DNA from: Gemmatimonadales bacterium
GTDB taxonomy: Bacteria > Krumholzibacteriota > Krumholzibacteriia > LZORAL124-64-63
Assembly (NCBI GenBank): GCA_019038745.1
Contig: JAHOYV010000005.1
Location: 4,546-68,545 of the forward strand
Length of the DNA stretch: 64,000 bases
Direction of reading: 5' to 3'
The notes beneath the pieces were generated by a model. That model saw nothing but the letters and a program-made list of their open reading frames with translations, was not told the origin of the DNA and made no database searches. Positions 37,080 through 45,477 of the stretch are shown one piece after another (position 1 is the stretch's first letter; each line of letters begins with the position of its first letter). Position numbers and translations under genes: made by a program.

Positions 37080-37457
37080 TCAGCACACTGGGCAAGGGGT
37101 AAGGAGCCGGGTAAGGGTGTCCTGGACACGTTCCTGATCAAACGGTTTGATGATGAAGTCTCTGGCTCCTGCTTTGATCGCCATCAGGACCTGATCCTTC
37201 TGGCCCAAAGCGGTGATCATGACCACCAGTGCATTGGGATCCTTTTTGATGATTGAATCGAGGGCGTCGATTCCATCCATCTTGGGCATTGTGATATCCA
37301 TGAGAACCAGGTTCGGCCGGGATCGCTGAAATTCTTCGATGGCCTCGATTCCGTTCGAGGCTTCCCCGATAACTGCCAGGCCCATGTCTTCCAGGATTTC
37401 CCTGAGCATCACCCGCATGAATTCTGCATCATCTACGATGAGGACGGTGTTGCCCAA
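37080..37457 (-). CDS. Single-domain response regulator, CheY-like
   Basis: IVDDAEFMR, MDITMPKMDG, TALGQ, FIIKPF; GGAGG RBS with TTG start. Confidence 0.92.
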   Translation of the reverse strand: MGNTVLIVDDAEFMRVMLREILEDMGLAVIGEASNGIEAIEEFQRSRPNLVLMDITMPKMDGIDALDSIIKKDPNALVVMITALGQKDQVLMAIKAGARDFIIKPFDQERVQDTLTRLLTPCPVC

Positions 37458-37663
37458 TTTGAACCTCCACCTTTAGCCCACCTTATTCTACGCCACTTGA
37501 TAGCGTGAACAAGGCGAGTTTAGTTAAATACCGGCTGTGACGGCCGGAAAATTCTGGCACCTGCTTCCAACAATGGTGTACCATCTGTGAATCCAGGCTA
37601 TAGGTTTAATCGGAATCATCCCCTTCCACTTTAGCTCGGAATGGCCTACGAGGAGGAAAAATC

Positions 37664-39124
37664 ATGGTTGGAAAGCAAAAGAGGATCCATTGCTGCGGTA
37701 TCAGCATCTATTGTGCTGTGGCGCTGTGGTTGGGAATAGTGCTTGGAGTGGGGTTTGGCTTTTCCCGGGAGGGGCAAGCGAGCGAAAACGATCTGCCCAT
37801 GGTGGCTTCCGGGCAGGAGGACCGGCTGAGTGTGGATGTCACGGTGTACAACAGTGACCTGGCTCTGGTCAGGGAGATCCGTAGGGTGGAGTTGCCCCGT
37901 GGGGAATTCAAACTGGAATTCCAGGATGTTCCTTCTCGTATCAATCCGGTCACCATTCTGGTGGAATCCGGAGGCAAGAGTGGCTTGGAGTTGTATGAGC
38001 AAAATTATGAATTTGATTTGATGTCGCGGTTGAAAATTCTGCACAAGTACGTGGGCCGTGAGCTTTCATGGATCCAGGAGGATGGGTCCCGGATCAAGGG
38101 GATACTTCTGGGTATCAGTAACGGGCCGGTCTTTGAGGTGGACGAGGAAGTCGTATTCGAGGTCCCGGGCAGGTTGGCGTTGCCTGCGCTGCCGGATAAT
38201 CTGAGGGCGCGGCCTACTCTTATTTGGCTTGCCGATGCGGGAAAGGCGGGTCCGGAGGAGATCGAAACGACCTATCTGACCGGTGGTTTTTCCTGGCACA
38301 CCGATTATGTCCTGCAGCTGGACGAGGCCGGCGAGCGAGCCGATCTGCAAGCCTGGGTGACGGTCCAAAATCTGACTGGGGCGTCTTTCGAGGACGCCAA
38401 TCTACTGCTGGTGGCCGGGGACCTGAACAGAGTTGCTCCGGCCCCGGCCAAGATGATCGCCATGACTGATAAAATGGCCCGGGCCGGGGCTTACGAATTT
38501 CAGGAGGAGACACTCTACGATTACCATTTGTACAGTTTACAGAGAAAGACCACTCTCCTGGATCAACAGATCAAGCAAATTTCCCTGTTCGAGGCTGCAG
38601 GAATCGAAGTCCAGAAACATTATCGCCTGCGTGCGGCCGCTCGTTTGTTCCGGGGTGGGAATTTTAGCGGTGGAAATGAGAAGGTTGAGGTCAGCTACGC
38701 TTTTCGAAACCAGGAGGAAAGCGGAATGGGAATGCCCTTTCCTGCCGGGGTTTTTCGTGTCTATGGTCGGTCGGGTTCAGGCTCCAGACAGCTTTTGGGG
38801 GAGGACCGGGTAGATCACACCCCAGGTGGAGAGGAAATCGAACTCAGGGTGGGCAAGGCTTTTGACATCGTTGCCGAGCGCGTGCGCAAAGACAGCCGGC
38901 GTCTAGCAGACAACTACTTTCAGACCACCTTCGAGATAACTCTTCGCAATCACCGAAAAGATCCTGTGGTTGTTGAAGTTGCCGAACAGGTGGGTGGGTT
39001 TTGGGAGATCGTGGCGGCCAATTTGGAACACCGGAAGGTGAGTGCTTCGGAGTTGGCATTTGAGGTACCGGTTCCCGCCGAGGGCCAATTCGTTCTGACC
39101 TATACCGTCAATGTGAAATACTGA
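37664..39124 (+). CDS. Exported DUF4139-domain protein
   Basis: VTVYNSDLALVRE, EQNYEFDL, YLTGGFSWHTDY, DYHLY, QIKQISL, GEDRVDHTP. Confidence 0.82.
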   Translation: MVGKQKRIHCCGISIYCAVALWLGIVLGVGFGFSREGQASENDLPMVASGQEDRLSVDVTVYNSDLALVREIRRVELPRGEFKLEFQDVPSRINPVTILVESGGKSGLELYEQNYEFDLMSRLKILHKYVGRELSWIQEDGSRIKGILLGISNGPVFEVDEEVVFEVPGRLALPALPDNLRARPTLIWLADAGKAGPEEIETTYLTGGFSWHTDYVLQLDEAGERADLQAWVTVQNLTGASFEDANLLLVAGDLNRVAPAPAKMIAMTDKMARAGAYEFQEETLYDYHLYSLQRKTTLLDQQIKQISLFEAAGIEVQKHYRLRAAARLFRGGNFSGGNEKVEVSYAFRNQEESGMGMPFPAGVFRVYGRSGSGSRQLLGEDRVDHTPGGEEIELRVGKAFDIVAERVRKDSRRLADNYFQTTFEITLRNHRKDPVVVEVAEQVGGFWEIVAANLEHRKVSASELAFEVPVPAEGQFVLTYTVNVKY

Positions 39125-39139
39125 GGTGCCATTATTGGG

Positions 39140-41413
39140 TTAACGGGACCTAGTGGATAAGTAGTGGCGCAATCGCTCGTCTTGAGGCCTTAGTTTCAGG
39201 GCTTTTTCGAAGGCTTTTTTTGATTTTTCCCGTTGCCCGGATTGTTCAAGGGCAATACCCAGATTAACCCAAGCCTCGAACAGGTCAGGATTTATGCGTA
39301 CTGCTCGGGCAAAGGCCTTGGTTGCCTCGCTTGGCCGTTTTTCCGACAGCAGGCAGGCGCCCAGGTTGAGGGCAGACCCGGCCAGATTCGGGTTTTCCCG
39401 CAAGGCTCCATTGAAGTATTCACGAGCCCTGGCGAACTGTTGCCTTTCCATCAGTTTATTTCCCAGGTTATGGAGCAGGGGCGGGTGGTCCGCCCTGCGC
39501 TCAAGGCCGCGCCGCAGGGTCGCTTCTTGACGATCCGGTTCCCCGGCCATTTTCCAGAGTCGGGAAATGGCCAGGCAACGGTCTGCAAAGCGGGATCCCG
39601 GAATAGATTCGCTTTCCCCGATTAGGATGTTTTCCAGGCGATCTGCTTCTTTGGCAAGCGAGAGTAGGTCTGTCTCTGCCCGATGTTCGGTTCCCGTTTT
39701 GAAAAAGAGCCAGCCTCCTTCCTCCACCAACTCCAGTCGCCATCTGTCATGGGCCAGCAGATCAGCGGTTAGTTGCTGAAAGGCCGAACCTCCGCCACCG
39801 ATCAGAACCTGCTGTGCCTTGATCCGCTCCAACTCCAACAGGGCTTTGTCGCCGCCACGACGAATTTGCCTGTATTGAGCCCAAAGGGCGGGTGGAAAGG
39901 CCTCCGTGCGTCCGTCGATGAACAAGTGGGCCTCCGCCCTGTCCAGCAGCAGGGCGGCCCCTCCCAGATTGGCGAATACTCGGTCACCACTCGTTTCACG
40001 GATTCTTTGGGCCCCGGCCATCGGGTACTGGGAAGGAGTCAGTTCGGTTCCGAATCTCCGGCTAACTCCTTCCCGGAGGTAGAAGCGGTCTGAAATAATC
40101 TGGGATCCCCACCAGGCACCGATGGCAATGGTAAGCATTGCGCCCAGGGCCAGGGGGACTACCGGGGGAAATTTTGGCAGCACCTTCCGGACAGAGCTTC
40201 CAAGGAGGCGAGAAAAGCGGGTCCCAACCGCGGCTGAAAAATAACCAGAGTGAAGAAGGCAGAAAGCCAGAGCATAAAAACCCAGGTTTCGCTGACCAAG
40301 AACTGCTGCGGTGGCGGTAATGATCAACAAGGCGATGCGCAAAAGGCTGATCCGGCCCCATGTAAACAGGATCCACAGGGCAGACCAAACAAGGCTCAGA
40401 CGGAAGGTCCAAAGGGTCCAGTGGAGGGAATTGCGGGTTTCCAAGAGGGGGGCCAACTCTGAGATGATGAGCCGCATATCCACGCTCTGGTTGGAGAATT
40501 GTCCCAAAGCCTTCAGGGGGTAAAGAAGTCCGTTGATCCCATTGGGAGTAAGAGCCAGCCCAGCCAAGGAAAGGCCAAGTACCAACAGCCAGGTCCTTAG
40601 GGAAATTCTCGATTCGGATTTGGTTTTCGCTGGAGTAGCATAGGTTCGAAAGGCGTAAATCCGGGTTTGCAGGAGGCTTAGGATTCCACCCAGTAGCCAT
40701 ATTACCGGGACAGCGGCAGCGAAGCCGTGAAACCAGGCCCAGAAGACCGTTAGCCAAAAAATTGCGCCCACATCGTGTCGAGGATTCAGGTAGCGTGACC
40801 AATGACCCTCATGTTCCGGTTGTTTTGTACCTGCATCGCCGCAAGGGGTGGGCCTCATTGCATTTTCTATCCGGCGAACGGCAATGATAAAAAACACGTA
40901 GGAAATAAGTTCCGGACGGAAAATTAACCGGGGCCAGAGCAACATCAAGCCAACCAGGAGCGGTAGGCTCCACCAAGATGCGTTCCAGCCAAGTCGGGTC
41001 CGGCTCCGTAGTAGAAGCAGCCTGCCATCTCCGAAAATCAACAGGAGAAGTATAAGGGCGGAAAAACCCGTTCTCATGAAATTCCAACCACTTACGTCAA
41101 CAGCAAGGAGGCTGTCATCCTCTCCGAGAGGACCTCCAGGTCCCAAGGGGGCAATCATTAACTGGAAGAGAAACTCGTGGTTTGTCCAAGGATGTTCAGG
41201 GGCCGAAAAGGTAAAATCAGAATTCGTCGGAGGTCCTTCACCTGACAACAGTTCCCGCCCAACCCGGTTGTGAAACCAGATATCGATATCGCTCAAGCTG
41301 TGCCAAGCAAGTAGGACACCGATGATCAAAGGGATCAGGGAGACCCCGGCCAGGATCCACACGGTCATGCGAGTCGGCAATGCGTCCGATGACGAGTGGC
41401 CTGAATTGGTCAT
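39140..41413 (-). CDS. Polytopic membrane protein (GT-C-like) with C-terminal TPRs
   Basis: DIWFH..G, W.NHE.LFQ, RPELIS, WAWFHG, FIDGRTE; 3-4 TPRs. Confidence 0.7.
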   Translation of the reverse strand: MTNSGHSSSDALPTRMTVWILAGVSLIPLIIGVLLAWHSLSDIDIWFHNRVGRELLSGEGPPTNSDFTFSAPEHPWTNHEFLFQLMIAPLGPGGPLGEDDSLLAVDVSGWNFMRTGFSALILLLLIFGDGRLLLLRSRTRLGWNASWWSLPLLVGLMLLWPRLIFRPELISYVFFIIAVRRIENAMRPTPCGDAGTKQPEHEGHWSRYLNPRHDVGAIFWLTVFWAWFHGFAAAVPVIWLLGGILSLLQTRIYAFRTYATPAKTKSESRISLRTWLLVLGLSLAGLALTPNGINGLLYPLKALGQFSNQSVDMRLIISELAPLLETRNSLHWTLWTFRLSLVWSALWILFTWGRISLLRIALLIITATAAVLGQRNLGFYALAFCLLHSGYFSAAVGTRFSRLLGSSVRKVLPKFPPVVPLALGAMLTIAIGAWWGSQIISDRFYLREGVSRRFGTELTPSQYPMAGAQRIRETSGDRVFANLGGAALLLDRAEAHLFIDGRTEAFPPALWAQYRQIRRGGDKALLELERIKAQQVLIGGGGSAFQQLTADLLAHDRWRLELVEEGGWLFFKTGTEHRAETDLLSLAKEADRLENILIGESESIPGSRFADRCLAISRLWKMAGEPDRQEATLRRGLERRADHPPLLHNLGNKLMERQQFARAREYFNGALRENPNLAGSALNLGACLLSEKRPSEATKAFARAVRINPDLFEAWVNLGIALEQSGQREKSKKAFEKALKLRPQDERLRHYLSTRSR

Positions 41414-41504
41414 GCAACCTCTCCCAAAGAGGATAAAAAAGTGTCTGGCGGATGTGAGTTTAGGAATGGTAACATGTAACTATTGGAATAAAAGCAAGAA
41501 TTTG

Positions 41505-41552
41505 TTTTGACAATGTGGTCGGGAAAGTCAGGTCATTTTGACAATATGTCAA
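41505..41552. promoter_or_regulatory. Candidate regulator binding sites in divergent intergenic region
   Basis: TTTTGACAAT twice, 31 bp apart; the second copy is part of palindrome TTGACA-ata-TGTCAA. Confidence 0.55.
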
Positions 41553-41763
41553 TTCGCGGCTGCCAAATCGAGTTAATGGATTAACAATGCCAGATGATAA
41601 ATTTGTAAAAGGTTATTTTTCAAGAGGTTTTGGTAACGGAGTGTATTGAGGAGAAAAGCGGTGAAAGTGGAACGACTCTTGTTAAAGAGGATCTCACGGA
41701 ATAGTATCTGGGGTCTCATGTTTACTTGAGCAGGCGAGACCCGGTTGGTTTGGGACCGAGGAG

Positions 41764-42798
41764 ATGTTGATGGCCGCCCAGAATAAGCTGAAGACTAAAG
41801 CCAAGGCAAAAAGCACCAAAATCAATAAAGCGATGGCACAGGCCTCGCGGGTTACCGCGGAAGCTGCGAAGGCCAAATCCAAACCCAAATCCAAACCCAA
41901 GGCCAAATCCAGGCGTAAAGGGAAGGCGCTACCCAAGGTTGTTGCTCCTGCTGCTCAATTGATGAGCAACCTGGATCTCTACTTTCAGGAAGTGAAGGCG
42001 TACAACCTTCTGACCCGGGCCGAGGAATGTGAACTTGCTCGGGGAATCCACAGCAACGACAGCGTGAGTCTGCATAAACTGGTTAAGTCCAATTTGCGTT
42101 TTGTCGTCTCCATCGCCAAGGAATACGCCCACTACGGCGTACCTCTTGAGGATCTTATCAACGAGGGAAATTTAGGTCTGCTGAAGGCTGCCCAACGGTT
42201 TGATGAAACTCGTGGCTACAAATTTATTTCCTACGCGGTGTGGTGGATTCGCCAGTCCATTCTTGCTGCCTTGGCGAATCACAGCAAGATCGTCCGGATG
42301 CCCTTGAATCGGGCTCGGGTATTGAATCAGATCAAGCGTGCCTATGGGAAATTACAGCAGAAGCTGCGCCGCAAGCCTGAGCCGGAAGAGATCGCCTCGC
42401 TGCTGGGGCTGTCAGTGGCTGAGGTGAAGGATACCCTGCCCCTGATGCAGGACAATTTCTTCCTGGACGATTTCGTCGGGAACGATGAAGACAGCACTTA
42501 TCTCGATTTCCTTGAGGACAAAAGCGGCACCGGTCCGGACACCAAGGTGATGGATGATGATCTGAACTCCAGCATCGGACGTATGCTGGGTGATTTGAAG
42601 GAGCGCGAGGCAAAGGTGTTGCGCCTTTACTACGGCTTGGGCACCGATACCGAGATGACCCTTGAAGAGATCGGGCAGATCATGGGTCTGACCCGTGAGC
42701 GGATTCGCCAGATCAAGGAAGAGGCCTTCGATAAAATTCGCTCCAGCAAGTCCTTCAGGTATATGCACGATTATTCCGAGGACAATCGAGCCAACTGA
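41764..42798 (+). CDS. Sigma-70 factor of RpoD/RpoS type lacking region 1.1, with Lys-rich N-terminus
   Basis: NLRFVVSIAK, DLINEGNLGL, KFISYAVWWIRQ, TLEEIG..TRERIRQI. Confidence 0.92.
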   Translation: MLMAAQNKLKTKAKAKSTKINKAMAQASRVTAEAAKAKSKPKSKPKAKSRRKGKALPKVVAPAAQLMSNLDLYFQEVKAYNLLTRAEECELARGIHSNDSVSLHKLVKSNLRFVVSIAKEYAHYGVPLEDLINEGNLGLLKAAQRFDETRGYKFISYAVWWIRQSILAALANHSKIVRMPLNRARVLNQIKRAYGKLQQKLRRKPEPEEIASLLGLSVAEVKDTLPLMQDNFFLDDFVGNDEDSTYLDFLEDKSGTGPDTKVMDDDLNSSIGRMLGDLKEREAKVLRLYYGLGTDTEMTLEEIGQIMGLTRERIRQIKEEAFDKIRSSKSFRYMHDYSEDNRAN

Positions 42799-42818
42799 GA
42801 TAGCAGTAGGATCAACGG

Positions 42819-42853
42819 CAAGGGCTCCGGGTTGACCGGAGCCTTTGTTTGTT
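42819..42853 (+). terminator. Terminator after sigma factor
   Basis: GGCTCCGG-gttga-CCGGAGCC followed by TTTGTTTGTT. Confidence 0.82.
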
Positions 42854-42895
42854 GTAGGCCCGGTAAGGGCATCGTCTCGATTGGACGCAGGTCAA

Positions 42896-43561
42896 TTAGT
42901 CCGATATTTCCCGAAGATCCACGCTTCCCGAAGTTCTCTCGGTCAGATCGTTTTGGAATTTTCGCCAACAGGAATGGGGAAGCCAGATTCGCCAGGCCAC
43001 TTCCTCGGAATATTGCTCTTTCACGATGCGGCCACCGGCGAGGGTTATCTGGTGGCGAATGGTCTTTTGGAGGGTATAGGGAAAATCCAACAGGAATTCT
43101 TTTCCCAACAGGATTTTTTTCACTTCCGATGCTGCCAGGACTTCTGAAGCGGCTTGTCCGTAAGCCCTGGCTAGGCCTCCGGTGCCCAACTTGATTCCTC
43201 CGAAGTAGCGGACTACGACCACAAGCGAGTCGACCAGTTCGGACTTGCGCAAGGACGCCAGAATTGGTTTTCCCGCTGTTCCTGATGGTTCGCCTGCATC
43301 GTTGCTGTTTTCCCTGGTTTGGGGAGGGACCCCCAGCCGCCAGGCGTGGCAGACGTGTCTACTGTCATGATAACGTCGGGCTGTCTCGGCTATCCTGGCG
43401 TTTGCATCCTCCTCAGAGGCCGCCGGCCAGGCCAATGCGATGAATCTGGACCGCCGTTCCTTGAACTCCACCGTTGTTGATCCGGCCAGCGTCAGGATGC
43501 TGTCCGGAGGATCACCGGGCGTCGGTTGGGTAGGCAATTCCACGGTGAAACCATTCCGCAT
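42896..43561 (-). CDS. yigZ: YigZ/IMPACT family protein
   Basis: RSRFIA, HVCHAWR, DAGEPSGTAG, VVRYFGGIKLGTGGLARAY. Confidence 0.93.
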   Translation of the reverse strand: MRNGFTVELPTQPTPGDPPDSILTLAGSTTVEFKERRSRFIALAWPAASEEDANARIAETARRYHDSRHVCHAWRLGVPPQTRENSNDAGEPSGTAGKPILASLRKSELVDSLVVVVRYFGGIKLGTGGLARAYGQAASEVLAASEVKKILLGKEFLLDFPYTLQKTIRHQITLAGGRIVKEQYSEEVAWRIWLPHSCWRKFQNDLTERTSGSVDLREISD

Positions 43562-43685
43562 GAAAGATTTATAGCCAGGCTATTGAGGAATTTATTCTAC
43601 TCTGTATCAGTATCCGAACCCAGTATAATCCTCAATTCCATCCGCTTGAGGGGAAGTGACTTGTCTGTCCGGGTTTGGGTAGATG

Positions 43686-43702
43686 CTGGCATTCCCTTTG
43701 CA
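43686..43702 (+). promoter_or_regulatory. Sigma-54 promoter upstream of small OMP
   Basis: CTGGCAT-TCCCT-TTGCA. Confidence 0.7.
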
Positions 43703-43783
43703 TGCTTTTCGGGCGGTGAACAGTATCTTCGGCCCGGAAGGCCAAGAGTCGTATACAGCCCAAACGAAACGGGAGAGGATTTC

Positions 43784-44431
43784 GTGGCAAAAAAAACATT
43801 ACCTGGGAGAGGGACCGTTCCCTGGCAATGGATAATCGGCTGCTTGGTCTTTTCGACGGGCCTGTTTGCCGCTGAATCGTCTTGGGCGGAAACCGAGAAT
43901 GTACGGTTGTCCTTTCCTCGTTCCCACCTGGATTCTTTTGTCCAGGCTCCCGTTTTCGTCACCGGTCACGTTGCCTTGGCTGGGGGTGGAATCATGGACG
44001 GGCTTCAGTGGGGAGGGGGATCCATGTTTCTCTTCCATCCTCGTGAGTCGGGACGATTCCTGGATTTTCTCAACGGAAGAAATGCCGCTTTGGTCCTACA
44101 GGCGGAATACCATCGCGTCAATTCGGATCAGCGCATCCTTTCGGGTGGCATGATTATTCGACGCTACCTTCGCGAGTTCACGATGCCCCCTCCGCGCCTG
44201 GCCCATTTTGTGGGCCTCGGGGTCGGAGTAAGCGAAGTGGTTTTGGCCCCTCCCTACGGAAACGGTCTGGAGAAGGGGTGGGAATTTTTGGCCGAAGGGG
44301 GCCAGGAATGGACTCCCCGCAATAATTTTCTGGCCTATTGGCAACTGCAGTACCGGAGTTATCGGTACCACGGACATGATTTTTCCCATTGGTCGTTGAA
44401 ACTGGGAGTCGGTATTCCCTGGCCCTGGTGA
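43784..44431 (+). CDS. Small outer-membrane beta-barrel-like protein
   Basis: GGAGAGG RBS + GTG; signal peptide ..SSWA|; alternating strands, FVGLGVG, C-terminal LKLGVGIPWPW. Confidence 0.6.
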   Translation: MAKKTLPGRGTVPWQWIIGCLVFSTGLFAAESSWAETENVRLSFPRSHLDSFVQAPVFVTGHVALAGGGIMDGLQWGGGSMFLFHPRESGRFLDFLNGRNAALVLQAEYHRVNSDQRILSGGMIIRRYLREFTMPPPRLAHFVGLGVGVSEVVLAPPYGNGLEKGWEFLAEGGQEWTPRNNFLAYWQLQYRSYRYHGHDFSHWSLKLGVGIPWPW

Positions 44432-44583
44432 CATTCTGATTCCTGGAGTGAGGGAACCTACAGACCACCAGCGGTATTCTTCCCATGACCTAATTCCTGG
44501 ATTGTCTTATATTTGAATTCGTACCCGTTCCTTTTCCGCCGGGCTCCGGCCCGGGGGACCGCTTTTCTACCAGGTGGTTCATC

Positions 44584-45411
44584 ATGATTGCCCAGACCCG
44601 AATTCTTTCCTTTCCGGTTGCCCTGGTCCGGGGTTCCGCTTTCTTCATCTTTCTTGTCCTGATGTTGGTGTTGGTTCCCCTTGCTCAAGCCCAGAACGAG
44701 TTGACTTATGAGCAGTACCGCGACTTGGCGCGGGCTTCCTACCGCATGGACCATTTGGCCGTTTTCGAACCGCTGCAGGGAGAAGAAGGAATGTACTTCG
44801 CCCTTGCCGAGCGGTTCGGGACTGTTCAGGTGATCAAGGTCGACGGGCGGGGCGGGGAGCGCGTATGGCGCAGCAACCAGCTCGATGGAATACCGGTAGA
44901 AGTGATCGCTGCCGACCTAAGCGGCGACACACTGGATGATTCCCTTATCTGTCGTACAACGACAGGCCAGGTCTACATCTGGGCGATGGAGGGTTTCACC
45001 CTGCAGTGGGAATCACTCCAGGGGGAGTACGATCAGATATCCTGCTTCACGACCGCCAACATGGACGACGACCCGGCGGGCGAGATCATCATGCTGGCCG
45101 ACCGGAAGATCGTCTACATCGACGGCGAAACCTACAGTAAGGAATTCACCGGCCTCAACGATTACAACGCCTCAATGATTCGGTGCGGTGATGTGGATGC
45201 CGACGGAAGGATGGAAATCATCCTGAACTCAGGGCAGGTCCTTGACGGAAATACTGCGGACATCGAGTGGGAGGATCAAACCTTCTACCACCGGATCGAA
45301 TTGTTGGATATCGATGCAGACGGGATCCTCGAGGTCCTGACCGAGGATGTGCAGGGGGGGCCAATGAAGGTTTTCGACGTGGATTATCGCTCGGAAGTTC
45401 GTTTCCAGTAG
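44584..45411 (+). CDS. Secreted FG-GAP/VCBS-like repeat protein
   Basis: Signal peptide ..AQA|; four DxDxDG-type Ca-binding loops (DLSGD, NMDDD, DVDADG, DIDADG). Confidence 0.75.
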   Translation: MIAQTRILSFPVALVRGSAFFIFLVLMLVLVPLAQAQNELTYEQYRDLARASYRMDHLAVFEPLQGEEGMYFALAERFGTVQVIKVDGRGGERVWRSNQLDGIPVEVIAADLSGDTLDDSLICRTTTGQVYIWAMEGFTLQWESLQGEYDQISCFTTANMDDDPAGEIIMLADRKIVYIDGETYSKEFTGLNDYNASMIRCGDVDADGRMEIILNSGQVLDGNTADIEWEDQTFYHRIELLDIDADGILEVLTEDVQGGPMKVFDVDYRSEVRFQ

Positions 45412-45420
45412 TGGGTAGGT

Positions 45421-45471
45421 TCCGAAATTGGGGCTGGTTGAGTTTCACCTCTGACCAGCCCCAATTTCGGA
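45421..45471. terminator. 18-bp perfect stem between convergent genes
   Basis: TCCGAAATTGGGGCTGGT ... ACCAGCCCCAATTTCGGA. Confidence 0.75.
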
Positions 45472-45477
45472 GGCACT

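Noticed and set aside
37555..37569. Sigma-54 promoter TGGCAC upstream of the DUF4139 gene
   Set aside because: No GC at the -12 position.
43526..43783. N-terminal extension of the OMP ORF
   Set aside because: It overlaps the yigZ start and the promoter; RBS and signal peptide support GTG 43784.
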